Of a stretch of 64,000 nucleotides of DNA, positions 40,918-54,750 are shown piece after piece (position 1 is the first letter of the stretch; the number at the start of each line of letters is the position of its first letter). The notes under the pieces were generated by a model. That model was not told the DNA's origin, searched no databases, and saw nothing but the letters and a program-made list of their open reading frames with translations. Origin of the DNA: Camelus dromedarius (Eukaryota); assembly GCF_036321535.1 (NCBI RefSeq), contig NC_087437.1, positions 30,196,001-30,260,000 on the forward strand, read 5' to 3'. The position numbers and the translations under genes are program-made.

Positions 40918-42813
40918 TAAAATTAGTAAGGACACAGTGGAACTTGATAACACCAACTATCAACTGAATATATTGGACATCTACAGACTGCTTCATTCAA
41001 CAACAGCAGAATATACACTCTCCTCAAGTGCACATTTATCAAATAGACCACATTCTGAGCCATAAAACATTCCTTAAAAATAATAAAAATCATATGATGC
41101 TCTCAAACCACAATGGAAGTAGAAGTCAACAACAGAAAGATCACTGGAAAATCCCCAAATACGTGGATATTAAACAACACACTTCTAATTACACATCAGT
41201 CAAAGAAGAACTTTCCAAAGAAGTTAAAGGGTATTTTGTAGTAAGTAAAATAAAAAACACAACTTATCAAATTTGTGGGATACAGTGAAAGCAGTGCTTA
41301 GAGGGAAATTTATAGTATTGAGTGCATATACTAGAAAAGAAGACAGCATTACCTAATACCAAAACCGGGAAGACATTACAAGACAACTATAGACCGATAT
41401 CTTTCTTAAACATAGATGCAAAAATCTTCAAAATATTAGCAAATTGAATAAAAAAAAATATTTAAAAAGTATACATTACCTATCAAGTGGGATTTATCCC
41501 AGATATGTAAATCTGATTCTGCATTTGAAAATCAATTAAAGTAATCAATTATATCAACAGGGTAAAAAAGAAAAATCATGACCATATCAATAGTTGCATA
41601 GAAAGAATTTGACAAACTAAAAAAAAACCCATCATGATAAAAACTCTCAGGAAACTAGGAGTAGAACATAACTTTCTCAACTTGTTAAAGAAGACAAGTT
41701 ACACATTGGGAGAAAATATTTGCAAAAGACACAGCTGATAAGACTGTTATCCAAAATATACCAAGAACTCTCACAACTCAACAATCAGAAGACAAATAAC
41801 CTGGTTGAAAATTGAGCCAAAAACCTGAATAGACACCTCATCGAAGAAGATATTCAAATGCCAAATAAGTATATGAAAAGATACTCTTCGTCATATGTCC
41901 TCAGGGAAATGCAGCTTAAAACAGCAATGAGATATCACTACACATCCATTAGAGTGGCCAAAATCCAGAAAACTGACAACATCAAATTCTGGTGAGAATG
42001 TAGAGCAACAGGAAGTCTTATTGCTGGCAGGAATGCAAAATGGTTCAGCCATTTTCGAATACAATTTGATAGTGTCTTACCAAATTAAATGTATTCTTGC
42101 CATATAATCCAGCAATCACACTCCATGGTATTTACCCAAAGGGGCTGAAAAACTTATGTCCACACAAAAACCTGCTCACGGATGTTTATAGCAGCTTTAT
42201 TCATAATTCTTGGTAGTAATTAAGATTTCCCTCTGTAGGTAAATGGATAAATAAACTGGTACATCCAGGTAATGGAATATTATTCAGTTCTAAAAAGAAA
42301 TGAGCTACCAAGCCATGAGAAGACATGAAGGAAACTTAAATGAATATTATTTAGTGAAGGAAGCCAATCTGAACAGTCTGCATACAGTATGATTCCAACT
42401 ATATGACATTCTGAAAAAGGCAAACTCTGGAGACAGTTAAAAGATCAGTAGTTTCCATCAGTTGAGTTTGGGGGAAAGAATAAATAGGCAGAGCACAGAC
42501 AATTTTTAGGGCAGTGAAACACTCTGTATGATACCTTAATGATGGATACAAGTCATTACACACTTGTCCAAACTCACAGAATGTACAACGCTGAGAGTGA
42601 ATTGTTATGTAAACTATGGACTTTGTGTGATTATGATGTATCAATATAGCTTTATCAGTTATAACAAATATATTACTATGGCGAGGGATAACAGGGGAAG
42701 CTATGCATGTATAGGGGCAGAGAGTCTGTGGGAATCTCTGTACCTTGTCTTCAATGTTGCTATGAACCTAAAACTGTTCTAAAAAATAAAGTCTTAATTA
42801 AAAAAAAAAAAAA
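40918..42813 (+). mobile_element. L1MC1-like element with large internal deletions
   Basis: Endonuclease remnant (IDHILSHKT), RT remnant, and a 3' end with GGCAGAGCACAGA...TTTAGGGCAGTGAAAC...TGAACCTAAAACTGTTCTAAAAAATAAAGTC plus poly-A. Confidence 0.85.
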
Positions 42814-43609
42814 TATATATATATATATATGGAGAAATTATCACCTTCATCCAATCATAGACTAAGTTCAGGCTTAGATGCTGTTTTGGTAAGATTTAGT
42901 CTACCTGTGGTTTGTATTCGTTCCTATGGTTGCCTTCAATAGGCTTTTAATTGAGAATTTAGTTTCTTTGTCTCTTTGGTACTAAGAATTTCCACTCTGC
43001 TTTTCAGAGTTATTTGAAGTAGCTCTTTAACTTTTGCTCTAAACATCTTCAGAATATAGTAGTCTTGAGATGGACATGAGCTGTGTGCTTGGACTTCCAG
43101 TTTTGTCATTCTCACCCACATAACTTCCCAAACTGTGATTGTTTATGTGTGCCTTAGCAGTAGCTCTGCCTTCATGCTCATATTCTTAGCCGTTTATTTA
43201 TACCCAGACTCAGCAAATGTCCCTAGGGAAAAGAGAAACTATAGGTCCTCAGTCTATCTTTGAAACTTCTGTTTTTTCTGGAATTCCAGTACTTCTTTCT
43301 GCTTCAGCCGCTCTCTGAAACCTTAAAAAAAAAAAAAAAAAAAAAGGCATTTTTATAACTTGCCTGGCTTTTCTAGTTGTTATAAATACTTCATCCTGCC
43401 CTGAAAAGGAAATCCTGTTATACATATTGTACTTACTTAGAGGACTCCTAAAATTATACAATTAAATTGTAAATCTTTCCTATGCTACAGGTTTGTTTTT
43501 CTAACTGCTTTTATTTTAATGAGTCCAGACTCATCCCTTTATTCTCCTTATCTATGATAACTTCATCAGATTTCTCCTCACCACCATGTTGTGGGTTAGG
43601 CATGGCTGC

Positions 43610-43835
43610 AGTATTAAATAGGGGGGTTCAGAAGTCCCCATTGAGAAGGTAAACTCTGAACAAACATCTGACAGAGAAGAAGCAAGCTATGGACATTTCT
43701 GGGGAAGATGAGTGGGAATAGCATGTTCAAAGGCGCTGACATGGAACTATGCCTGATGTTTTTGTTTAATGGCAAGGAGGTCAGTATGTCTGGGGCTAAG
43801 CGAGAAAGGGGGAAAGTAACAAAGGGTAGATTCAT
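43610..43835 (-). mobile_element. L2 fragment
   Basis: GGGAATAGCATGTTCAAAGGCGCTGA...GGCAAGGAGGTCAGTATGTCTGG. Confidence 0.65.
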
Positions 43836-46800
43836 ACCAAGACTAATCTAAGCATTCTCTTTACTCTTCATTTTATTTCAACTCTCCATGACAAATATCA
43901 TTCAACAAATATCATATACTATAGGTTTTACCAATAAAATGTTATTCACATATATATCTCATTTATAATTCTGTTCATTTACCTCTTATTATTTACCTTC
44001 ATTTACCTCTTATTATCTATAGATAATTGCAAATAGAAAACTGATCCTCCCAGTCTTGGAACTCCCCACTCTAAATAAATTCCAAATAAAACATTATTTT
44101 CTGCCATAACCACCAACATGTTAACAGGGTAAGACTTCAAAATTCCTAACTCTGGATTTTTCCATTACTATACTTGAACAGGCCAGTTGAAGAGGAGAAA
44201 AGGCCTATTTTCTACAATAGCTGACTAGGATGTTTGAATGTGAATAACTACACTATTTTAATGTGTACATTAAAATACACATAATGTATTCCACAATGTC
44301 ACAAATCAGAAATTCCACAACATCAGAAAAAAACTGAGAATTTTGAAATCTGTAGATCTGTTCAAAAGTCAAATGGATTTGGTGAGACTGCACTAGAAAA
44401 TAAATAAAGTTTTCAACTTCCTGTTGTTGGGGAAAATCTAAATAAAATAATTATTTGGCCTCATGACTTCCTGGCAGAAAAACAAAGTTCTCTGCTCCTT
44501 CAGACAACTACTACCTAGAGAGCAGCCTGAATTTCACGCTGATATCAGTTCTTTTCATGTATACATTATGCTGATGCATTCAGCTTTTCACAAAATAAGC
44601 AAATGTTTTTCTGAGTGAAAAAGTGATTTTTTAAGATACACAAGAATAAAAATGTGTATTGTCCATATAGCCTCAACTTCCTGACTCTTTCACTGACACA
44701 GTTAAAAACTGGTTCTGCAAGCTCTATACATATCCTTTGGGAAAACATCTGTTATTTTCTGCTAAATGAAATAACATCAATATGCCTTTTTAGCCATGGG
44801 CTTGGATCATCTGCCTCTAATTTGGCACATTTGAGAATCTTATCATTCCTCTGTTCCCAAAAATAAAATTAAAAGGTTCAGATATCTAATAAATAACACA
44901 AAGTTATATATAACCAAAATCACAGAAACCAAAAAAATACATTTGGAAACAACAGTAATACAAATCTGATTTCTTGGGAAAATGTTAGAACATTTCAATT
45001 TTTCTTTTCTTTTTTTTTTTTTTTTTTCTTTTGGTAAAAGAGACAAAACACAGCTTTTTATGGTAAACACTGAAACTTTTCCTTCGGAGCAGGAAAATGG
45101 AATCTGCTGTAGTAAGGGAGGGAAGGAGGAAAGAGATGAAAAAGGATGATGTGTAAATTTTCATAACATGTATTCTAGATGTTAGATTTAAAAATGTCTG
45201 CAATATATTGTAAAGAATGAAATGTGATGGGAGTTAAGCAAGGGAAATGGAATATTAATGTAGGTAAATTAAAAATCACATGTTTTTAAAAAAGTCTTTG
45301 GTTGATACAAATTAAGCAAATCTGTTCAAATTCATAAAAACACACTTTAATCTGTTTCTCATTTGAGTAAATAAAATTAACACCTGAATTTTTATGTAAA
45401 GAAATATGGCAAAAACAATGTTCCTTGTTGTTATTGTAGATGTAACCTTGTATATATGTATACATGTGGGATGTGGAATATAACAATCTAACATAAGAAA
45501 TATTGTGAAGGTTGCGTGAAAACCATGACTGATTTGCTAATTAATTTGCTTGTTTACATTCTCAGAAAACTTTTTCTGAATCTGAAGAAAAGGAAATTTA
45601 ATTTTGCAGGTTAACTTAAACTTCTGTGAATTAAAATCTGCTTCAAATCTTCAATTTTAAAAGCACGTTAGACATTTTAGCCCTGGCTTATGAAAAGGAT
45701 ATATAAAAGTGTGTTCTCTTCTGTCGAAAATATCTCAGTTAAAAATCTTCACATGTCCTGAAACACATCTAATTTCCTTTACTTTGTGGTCACATGTAAA
45801 CCCCAAAACCATCAGTGAGGCAGGAGCTGTTGTGTGTATGTGGAGACATAACACAGTGCACTGAAGTCCAGGCTGAGGCTGGATGAAATAGGAAGAGAAA
45901 GAGCAAAGCCGATTCTGAAGGGTCTGCACTTTTAGATTCGGGGGAGCTGCTTTGGGGCAGTTTTATAAAGGAGGTGAGCCATTGGGAGGATTTTCAAGAA
46001 GAGTCGAGGCATCACTGGGCAGAAAAAGGTGGAAAAACATTCTAGGCGAGAGTGAAGAAGAAATGGTGTCGTGTAGGAAACATGCAAAGCAATTGTGGGA
46101 AGATAAGGTCTTGGGAGATGTTATCTCCTCTTTGCCATGTTTGTTCAGTGTTGGATTGAAGAAGCACATTAAAGTGGAGAAAGTCTCTCAGAAACTACTG
46201 CATTTACAAATAAGTACAAGTAAGCCTTCTTGAATCTTTCAGCGCTTAAAAACTTCCCTGCACTCAAGTCTCTGATACCATAATCAACAAGGCAAAGACA
46301 AGTCTGAAATCCAGAAAGCTCTGAAAGCTGACATTTTATTGATGACTCATTTAGCAGCAAAATCTAACTTGGCCTGAAGTGACACAAAGGTATAGGTAGT
46401 CTTTCTTTATCCCACTTGATGCAACTATTCACAGGTTTGACTGCAGAAATTTCAAGGAAATTAAGAGCAGCTAGTATGACTAGATGAAATACATACATGG
46501 ACCAAATCAAAGGGACCATCTGCAGCTCTAGTAGGACTTTAGCCTTTGTCTAAAGGCAGTGAAGCACATTGACTCAAATCTTTGCATCTTAGAAAGACAT
46601 TTCTGGCTGCATTACTGAGGATAAATGAGGGGTTCAGAATCTGAATTTGCAATGGAATGGTTACAGTATTCAGTGAGAAATACTGATGGCAGAAATGAAG
46701 TGATGGTTATGAACACAAAGCAGAGAAGGGACAATGAATGGTGAGGAGGACACATTCACCTGCGAGTAGAGCGTAAAACATCGGTAGTTTGATATCAGTT

Positions 46801-48330
46801 ATGGTGGGGATACTTACACTATAGAAGTTGGAAAGTTCAGAAACTGACTCCCCTTATCTCTACCCCCTCCCTCCAGAGTCCTTTTAAAAGAGTTACGAGC
46901 ATAGCACTGAGAATATATTTGGAATAGAAACAAATTTATATTCCACAACTTTTTGGTTTATAAAGGCAGTCAAATATTGGTGCACTGAGACCAAGTTGGC
47001 TTTTAAATTATTTTAAAGATTTGGAGTCTTTTACAAAGAACGATCTCTTCTCTCTGTTTTGCAAGTAGAGAAAGAGGAAAATAATTAGGTCTGGAGATTA
47101 TTGTGTGACTGGAAAAAAATGTAGGAGAGGCTTCTGCAGGTCTCGAGAGTTTCAGACAACTTCTGAGTTGCCAGGCATATTTTATTTGCTCAGAGGGGGA
47201 TTTATAGTTGGAGCTGCATATTGAATTTTTGAGTTCTTTAATATGAGCAAAGAAAAGAAATATATTCTAGAGAAAAGGGTTAGTTTTAAGAACGTTGCTT
47301 AAAATAATAGTCCCTGTAATCGAAAATGAAGGCTAATCTTATAATTCAAGTGGATTTATTTTGAGTGTAAATACACATTACAATTATTGGCATACAGTTC
47401 TATAGAAAGTCACTCATACATATATGTATTTACAATGTGGGCCTGGCTCTTCCATTCTCAACAGGAATAACTCATTGATTTTATTTTCTATGTCTGATGG
47501 TAAGTGCATTTATAGTAGATTGGCTGATGTAATTCATTAAAAATGTATTTAGTCACAGAAATGAGAATTTGATACTGAAGGTAAATTTAACAATATACAT
47601 AAAGGTCTCTCCTTTTCCTACCGTTTCCTACACTAGAGATGCTTAATTTATGCATGTTATAGTTGCTCTGTCTTCCTTTCCCCTCCTCGTTCCCTTTGTG
47701 AGTTTCCTCCTTCATGGCTTCTGCTTTCCTTCTTCCAAGCAATCCTCCAAAATGAAGAGATCAGGAAGTTGAGTAGTCACAGAGGCAAGGCCATATCTGC
47801 AGACTAGGAACTCTCAGGATGCAAAAGATTGGGAAGGCCAGGCAATTGAGGGCAATGTGCAAAAGGGAATGAAAATAAGCTGATTTGAAAGCAATATAAA
47901 TATGTCATCCATTCCACAAGTATATTTCACAGCTACCCAATCTAGGTTTTCCCCCTGTTGGTTTCATGTTTAATAAACACACCAGAAACATTTTAATAAA
48001 GGGTGCTTAGATATTACACCTCCTCCAGGGATATTAACAACTTTTTTCCATTCTTCAATTTTATCAACAACATTGTTGACCTAACATTTCTATAGTAGAT
48101 GTACTTTGTTTCCTAACTTAACTCTTGGCTCTATTTCTCTTCCAGCCTGTATTTTTCATATTTATGTTTTTTGCATATATGTATGTATTCATCTTTGTTA
48201 CCTACTGTAGGTTCTTTGTTTTTGGAGAAAGATGGCATATGGATAAACTATAAAAGAGAATACTTCAAGTAGAGAAGTGTTGATGGTGATATTTCATTTG
48301 AACTCTTTTTCTGGAACAATTTAGGTACAA

Positions 48331-48460
48331 GTAAACAAATTAGACAATGCAAATAGAGAAACGTTGGAGCTGACATTCCAGCTGGGATAATAGCCACTTG
48401 AGTGGCTTGAGGGTCGGTTATTTTCATGAAATAGCAATTGTATTAGTTTGCTTCCTGATT
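48331..48460. promoter_or_regulatory. Candidate enhancer (dense TF motif cluster in unique DNA)
   Basis: FOX, SOX/octamer, TEAD, E-box, GATA, palindromic NKX-like and ETS motifs within about 130 bp. Motif-only evidence. Confidence 0.35.
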
Positions 48461-51400
48461 TGCTGAGTGGGTGTTCAATTCTCTCCTCTCCTTCCCCTTT
48501 GTCTTTGAAAATGTACACTGTTTAAAAATTTCAGATGCACAAATAGGAGATCATGGCTCATAAGTTTTTGTTTTGGTTATGACTCAGAATTATATACCTT
48601 TTGGATTGTACTCACTCAATTGTCAACCTTTCTGAGGGAAATAAAGTAAAACCCCCTCATATTTCTAAAATGTAAAAATGGACATTGTTAATAGAAAAAA
48701 AGCAGGTTTCAAAGCAGTGTATCTAATATGGCAATGTTTGTTGAAGAAATTTGAAGTTCTTTAAATATATGTGTTCCACAGAGTAAGATCTAGAAGGGTA
48801 TGCACTAAAGTATCTACTGTGGGGCTCTCTGGGCAGTGGGAGTGTTTTCTCATTTATTTTTCAAAAACTTTTTGATAATTGATCATTATATGAACTCAGA
48901 CGTGTCAAGTGTAAACCCCTCACTACTCCCACATAGGTGATATTATTCTTGTAATAATTGATATCTACTCCTACTTAAGTGTTATTATAGAAATCCATTT
49001 TACTTAAAAAGTTAATAAAATCATTCAGCCAGTCAGTCAGGGAAGGTGCCAGAACAGTGCTTGGTGCAAGGATATAATAGAAGACGAAATACAGACGGAC
49101 ACTTACAGGTTAGAGCTACAGAAAAACAGAAATGTAAATTAAGGATTTCACTTGCCACCATGTGCAATGATTTTACTTATGTGCCTGACTGTTAGCTGTC
49201 TGTGTATCTTACACAGTATATAGTAAGACCTCAGTAGGCAGGTTTACCGTGGTCTTCCCAGAGCCCAGAGTAATGTCTGGCATGTGGCAGGCAATCAACA
49301 AATGAACTGAATAAATAAGTGGATCAAATCCATACATAATTAGAACTATGAAGCAAACAAGTAGGGTGATATAAAGACAAATGGGTGAGCAACCTTAGGT
49401 TGGGGGTTGAGGTAAGATCTCCTTAAAGAGCTTATATATTAGCTATGACCTGATGGAAGAGAAGAAATAAAAATAGGTAAGTCAATGAATATTGATGTTG
49501 CTTTTTTCCATTTTCTTCTAGCTTTTGTAAGCCTCATTTCTTGCTCTTGTGTTTTGGAAAGTAAAATTTGAGTACTCTCTAGTCTGGATAGATACTAGAT
49601 GCCCAGGAAAGTGTCTTCTTTCTAAACCCTCAAATACTCTCTCAGAAAGGAGAGAGAGTTGTTTGAAAGAAAAAGTGGAATATGATCTATACTCTTTGGG
49701 GCAATATATAAAAGAAATATACTTTGTGTACTTTCCCCCTCCTGCTTCTAAAATAATTTCTGGAAGAAAACTTATTTGTTTATGATTTTTTGAGCAGCTC
49801 AAGATTGCAGATGATGTTTTGGTTTGATATATTAGCAAAACAAAATGAACTATAGAGCAGTTTCATTCACCTTCTTTACAAATATTTTATTAATAACCAG
49901 ATAAGTTATTATCAAGAAATGAGTTAGCAAGTTAAACACTTTAAAACTGTTGTGTGTGTGAGAGTGAGAGAGAAAGAGAGAGAGGAATGAAGGAAGGAAA
50001 GATGGAAGGAAAGATGAGAGGGAAAGAAAGAAAAAGAAGGAAAGAGAGAAAGGTCACTAATCCTGACCAGAGTGGCAAAAAGAATAGATCCTGTGCTGGT
50101 CTAGCTTTGTCTTCTTCCCTTTCATTTGATGCTATTCTAAGTCCCCTGAAGGCAGGTGACATTGAGTGAAGCAGCCAGTGCTGCAGATGGTGCATTGAAC
50201 AACTCCAAGGAGCTCCATTCACATTTGTAATCTTTGTAGATGAGTATATCTATTAAGACAATTTTCTGGACGATGGTAGTAAATTATCTTAAGAAAAGGC
50301 AGCCCTTTCTGATTTGCCCAAATGAATCATTTGGACTAATTGTAGAGCAGGAACTATGAATAACGGGAAGGAGGGAATCCTTTCTATGGGACAGCTGCTA
50401 CTCAATGGCAATCAATTGTTTCAGTGCAAAAATGTCATTCTATGATTGAGGAACATGGATTTTTTTTTCAAAAGAAGCTAGAAATAAGGCATTGTATGTG
50501 AAATCTGATTTTTAAGTACTGTTCAATTAAACACATAAAGTAATCATGCCTATAGGCAGGATGTAGTCCATGAGCCACTGGTTGCAGACCTCTGCCCTGG
50601 ATTCTCTCAAGCCCTTTGGCCTAGACAGGTGTACTTTTTGCTTCAGGCATCTCTGGAACAGTTTCCTTCTGAAAAATAATGCATAATTTCTTTCTTCTGA
50701 GACACCCTCGTCTAAGCTCTCTGTTAAGGCTGTTCTCTCGGAAGAATTAATGTCTTGTTCTGGTTTGTTCACTTCTTTTCTCTTTCATGTTTGAAAGACT
50801 TTCTGGAATGGAATAATCTCTCCCTATCTGCCCAGCATGATGTCTCTTCCTACAGGCTTTATTATACAGCTCTTTCTCTAGTCTCTCTACACCAGATTCA
50901 CAAGAACAATTACAGGCACAATATTGAGCAAAATTCACTAAAATGGTATGAGCCAGGAAACAGTTGTAATTTTTTAACTTAACAGTGTGGCAATTTTTAA
51001 AAATATGTGATTTCTCCAAACCATCAAAGACTGTTTAGGTTGTGACATTTGTATCAACAATCAGCTGCATTTAGGTGATCACTTCTCTGAGAATTGTGAG
51101 TAGAAATATTAGTATGTTTTCTTTTAGGGTAAAAATCTGAACAAAGATCCAAGAATGATCTTGTTATTCTATCAGATCCATATGATATACAGAAAACAGG
51201 CAATGTTACTGGTTATTTGTAATCCCTTACATGCTTCATAACTTTTCCATCAACTCTTTTTTATTGCTTGTAATACTAATTGGTAATTGTTGGCTTCAAG
51301 TCAACCATTTCTTATAGCTGGTTTAGTGAAAAGGTAGCACTCTAATTACAGATTGCCATGCTGTGCACAGAATACAAAAGTTACCATTCAGATCAATCTT

Positions 51401-52416
51401 CAATTATTTATTCCACTAGAATGCAGCTAGATTGAGGCAGATATTGACCAATTGAATATTTTTAAACAAAATTTAGAAGCATCTACCAGTTGTAGTAAAA
51501 ACATAATAGTGATCTAATAGTGCTTTATTTCTTACATATACATGATATTTTAATAATTTTGCTTTACGAAGGTTTTAAATAATTCTAAATATCTGAAGTT
51601 CTGTCAGTTTTAAAAAAATTTCCTCATATTTTAAAAAATGGTCTAAAGACCAAATATGACCATAGAAATTTATATGGTACTCTGTTATTCTACTATTGAC
51701 TGTAATGTACGTTTGCTATCTTAGAGGCTATTCATGATATAAGTTTGAAATAAATTTCATGGAGGAGCAAATAATCAACTAGAATTCAGGTAAACCATTA
51801 ACGTGTGAATGACTCACAATGTGTGTGGATCAATGGGTTTATATCTCTCTAGAAATACTTTACATATATATAAACGTGAACATCAGAATGTGTGTATGCT
51901 TTCAGGAAAAATAAATGGTATCCTACAAGACCTATTCTTTTGAACCTAGCTTTTCACTTAATAATAGTACATTTTTCTATATCATCTTATATTTCTACTT
52001 TGTTCTGTTAAAGTCTGCATTATGCTCCATAATTTACATCAGTGCTCAATATTTATGTTGATTCAAGGTTTTGTTGTTGTTATTAATCACAATGCTTCAT
52101 GGAACATCTATATATAAACATATTTTTGTGTTTTTATATAAGCATATTTGCAGAATTTCTAAATAGGGTATTATGGCTAAAAGAGTGTGGAATATTAATT
52201 TTAATAAATAGACCCAAATTGATTTTTGGTTTGTGCCTCTATCACCTGTGCATGAAAGTGCTTGCTTCATCACATTAATTTGGTAAGATTGTTTAATATT
52301 TGGCAAACTTGTTTACATATTTTAATTATAAATAAACATCTTTTCATATTTTTGTTAGTTTTTTTTAACTGTCACTTGCTCATTTTTCTATTGAGTTGGC
52401 TTTTTCCTTCTTAATT

Positions 52417-53268
52417 TCATTCAGAATTCAGTCAATAAATATTTAATGTCCTACCATGTGACAGGCTCCATTGACGATGCTGGAAGCAGAGCAGTCAACA
52501 AAAACAAATAAAAGCCTTTTTCTTATGGAACTTTCATTCTAGAAGGAGGAAACAAAAATGAACATAGTAGATACCACAGTATTATAATGTTAGGTGGTTG
52601 ATAAGCTCAATCATGAAAAGTGAATAAGAAAAGTGGGAGAGGGAATTCAAGGCACGAGTTTGGGTTGTTAAATAGCACTATCTGGGAGGGCTTCAGAGAG
52701 AAGGTGACAGTTGCATAAGACACCTGAAGTGGTGAGGGAGAAGTCCACGTGATGTCTAGAGCAGGAATATCCATACTGAGGAGTGGCAAGAGTAAAGGCA
52801 CTGAGAAACAGGGGTCCAGAATGCCAGGTGGCTAAAGCTGCATGAGCAAGTGAGGAGAGCCTTGTAGGACACAAGATCAGCTTGATAAGGAGAGGCCAAA
52901 TCAAGTAGGATGCTTTAGGATGCTGCCAGCCATTGTAGGGAACCTTGGCTTTCACGGGGAGTGTGGTTGAAAGCCTTCTGAGGGTTTTGAGAGAGAAGGG
53001 ACTTACGACTTTGGTTTTAGCAGGGTCTCTCCAGTTGCTGTACTGAGATTTGACTTTAGAGTGGAGCCAGTGCAGGGAGCCTCGGCAGGCAGTCTAGTGA
53101 AAAGGCAACTGCAATACTTCAGGGTGGAGATGCCAGTGCTTTGGACCAGAGAAGTGGGAGTGGAGGTGGTGACAAGTGGTCAGATTTTGAATATAATGTA
53201 ACTGTGAAACTGACAAGATTTGCTGATGGATTGGATACTGAAATGAGAGATAAGAATAAGGATGACTC
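52417..53268 (-). mobile_element. L2 (L2a-like) inserted within an ancient antisense L1
   Basis: TCATTCAG...CAATAAATATTTAATGTCCTACCATGTGACAGGC tail, body running to ACAAGATTTGCTGATGGATTGGAT. L1 sequence continues on both sides (about 51800-52416 and 53269-53560). Confidence 0.8.
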
Positions 53269-54515
53269 AGAGCTTTTTATGTACAAAGGAAATTAGCTTA
53301 TTGTCAGTCATTTGTGTTTCGAATATTTTTTCACTTTTTATATTGAATCTGATTACAGTAATTTTCCCTTGAAGAACATTTTAATATACAAAGTAAAATG
53401 CATCTTTCTTTTCCCTTATACTTTCTAGATTTTGTATCGTGTTTTAAAAGGCTGTCCCTACTCTAAGATTTAGAAATAAACTTGTCTATATTTTTTCCAG
53501 TATGTTTATAATTCAATTTTAAGTTTAAAGTTAATATATCTGGAATTTTTTGGGTGCTGTTTCCTGATATTGTAAATGTTTGTTGCTCTGGCTTCTATGC
53601 ATTATTAATTTCTTGGTTGCTCTTGAAACTTAATTTCCATTTCGTAGTTTGTGGGTTCACCATGACAAGATTGTGCAGCTATAGATGCCTTTTCACTAAG
53701 ACTCAGTGCAGTTTGGTACCTTCAAACCTCAAAGCCTCACACTATAAAAGTCCTCTCCTTGAAGGCTCAATCCAATTACCACCTCATTTTCTCAATGTGC
53801 TAATCTTTTATCATTTCTTCTTTTTCTCGGTCCCCATATAACTTCACCTTTACCTTTAAATTAGTTTGGTAATGTACTGTTTTACATTTTGTTGTTTGGT
53901 GCTGATCACCTCCTTTGAGCTAAATCTTTTGATAGTGATAAATGGCAATTATTCAGGGTGTACTCTTAAATGACCTCCACCTACAAGAAGAATAACTTTA
54001 AAACTAGTTAGCAGGTTTAGCAATTAGCAGGTTACTACTGTCATTATAAAGTGATGAGAACTTTAGTCATGGATTCATTAGATGTATATTGAATGTCTAA
54101 CAAGAATGGAAACACACTGCCAGACTCTAGGGGCATAATTTTGAGCAAGATAGATAGGGTCATCCGCCATTGTAACACACATAGATCAACAATTATGATT
54201 ATTAACTTACATTTATAATTAAATATAACTACTCATTCCATACAGACATTTAAAAATAGTTAATACCGTAATACAAAAACGTAGGAATTATTTTATCTTC
54301 CTCCCCTCTATCTCTTTTCTAGAGTATGCTAATTAAGCCTCTCTTCTATCCCATCAAGCTGGGATAATAAATGAGGGTGGGAGTGAAGGTGGAAAACTTT
54401 AACAATCCTTTATAAGTAATAGAGGAAAGATAGTCAAAGTAAACATAATCATGCTTCTGAGTTATGCTGTATGTGGCAGACAAAATCAGGAAAAAATTTT
54501 GATTGTCTCATAGAC

Positions 54516-54750
54516 CGGTGTTTCTAAGTGGATAAAGGGGGCAACTTGGCCCCCAGGGGACATTTGATAATGTCTATGGACAGTTTTCGTTGTCACAACT
54601 GGGTAGGGGCGAGAGGGGGGGCATGCTACTGACATCTAGTGTGTAGAGGCCAGGGATCCTGCTATACATTCTACAACATAGGGGATAGATACCTGCAACA
54701 AAGAATTATCTGGCCCAAAATCTTAATAGTGCCCAGGCTGAGAAACTCTG
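54516..54750 (+). mobile_element. MER20 hAT-Charlie DNA transposon
   Basis: CCCCCAGGGGACATTTG...TTGTCACAACTGGG...ATGCTACTGACATCTAGTGTGTAGAGGCCAGGGAT...CAAAGAATTATCTGGCCCAAAAT...GCTGAGAAACTCTG. Confidence 0.92.

Larger units (their letters stand above)
37965..43390 (-). mobile_element. Highly decayed L1 (L1ME-like) hosting an MLT2 LTR and an opposite-strand L1
   Basis: T-rich antisense L1 motifs at 37965-38415, 38870-40895 and 42830-43390 (TTGTCTGATATTAGTATAACTA, CCCATTGTCTTCTGGCTT). Confidence 0.7.

Noticed and set aside
43974..44016. 24-bp-period tandem duplication TTCATTTACCTCTTATTAT
   Set aside because: Ordinary slippage duplication with only two units.
50527..50772. 81-aa minus-strand ORF in unique DNA
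   Set aside because: Non-ATG start, no homology recognised, no convincing splice boundaries.
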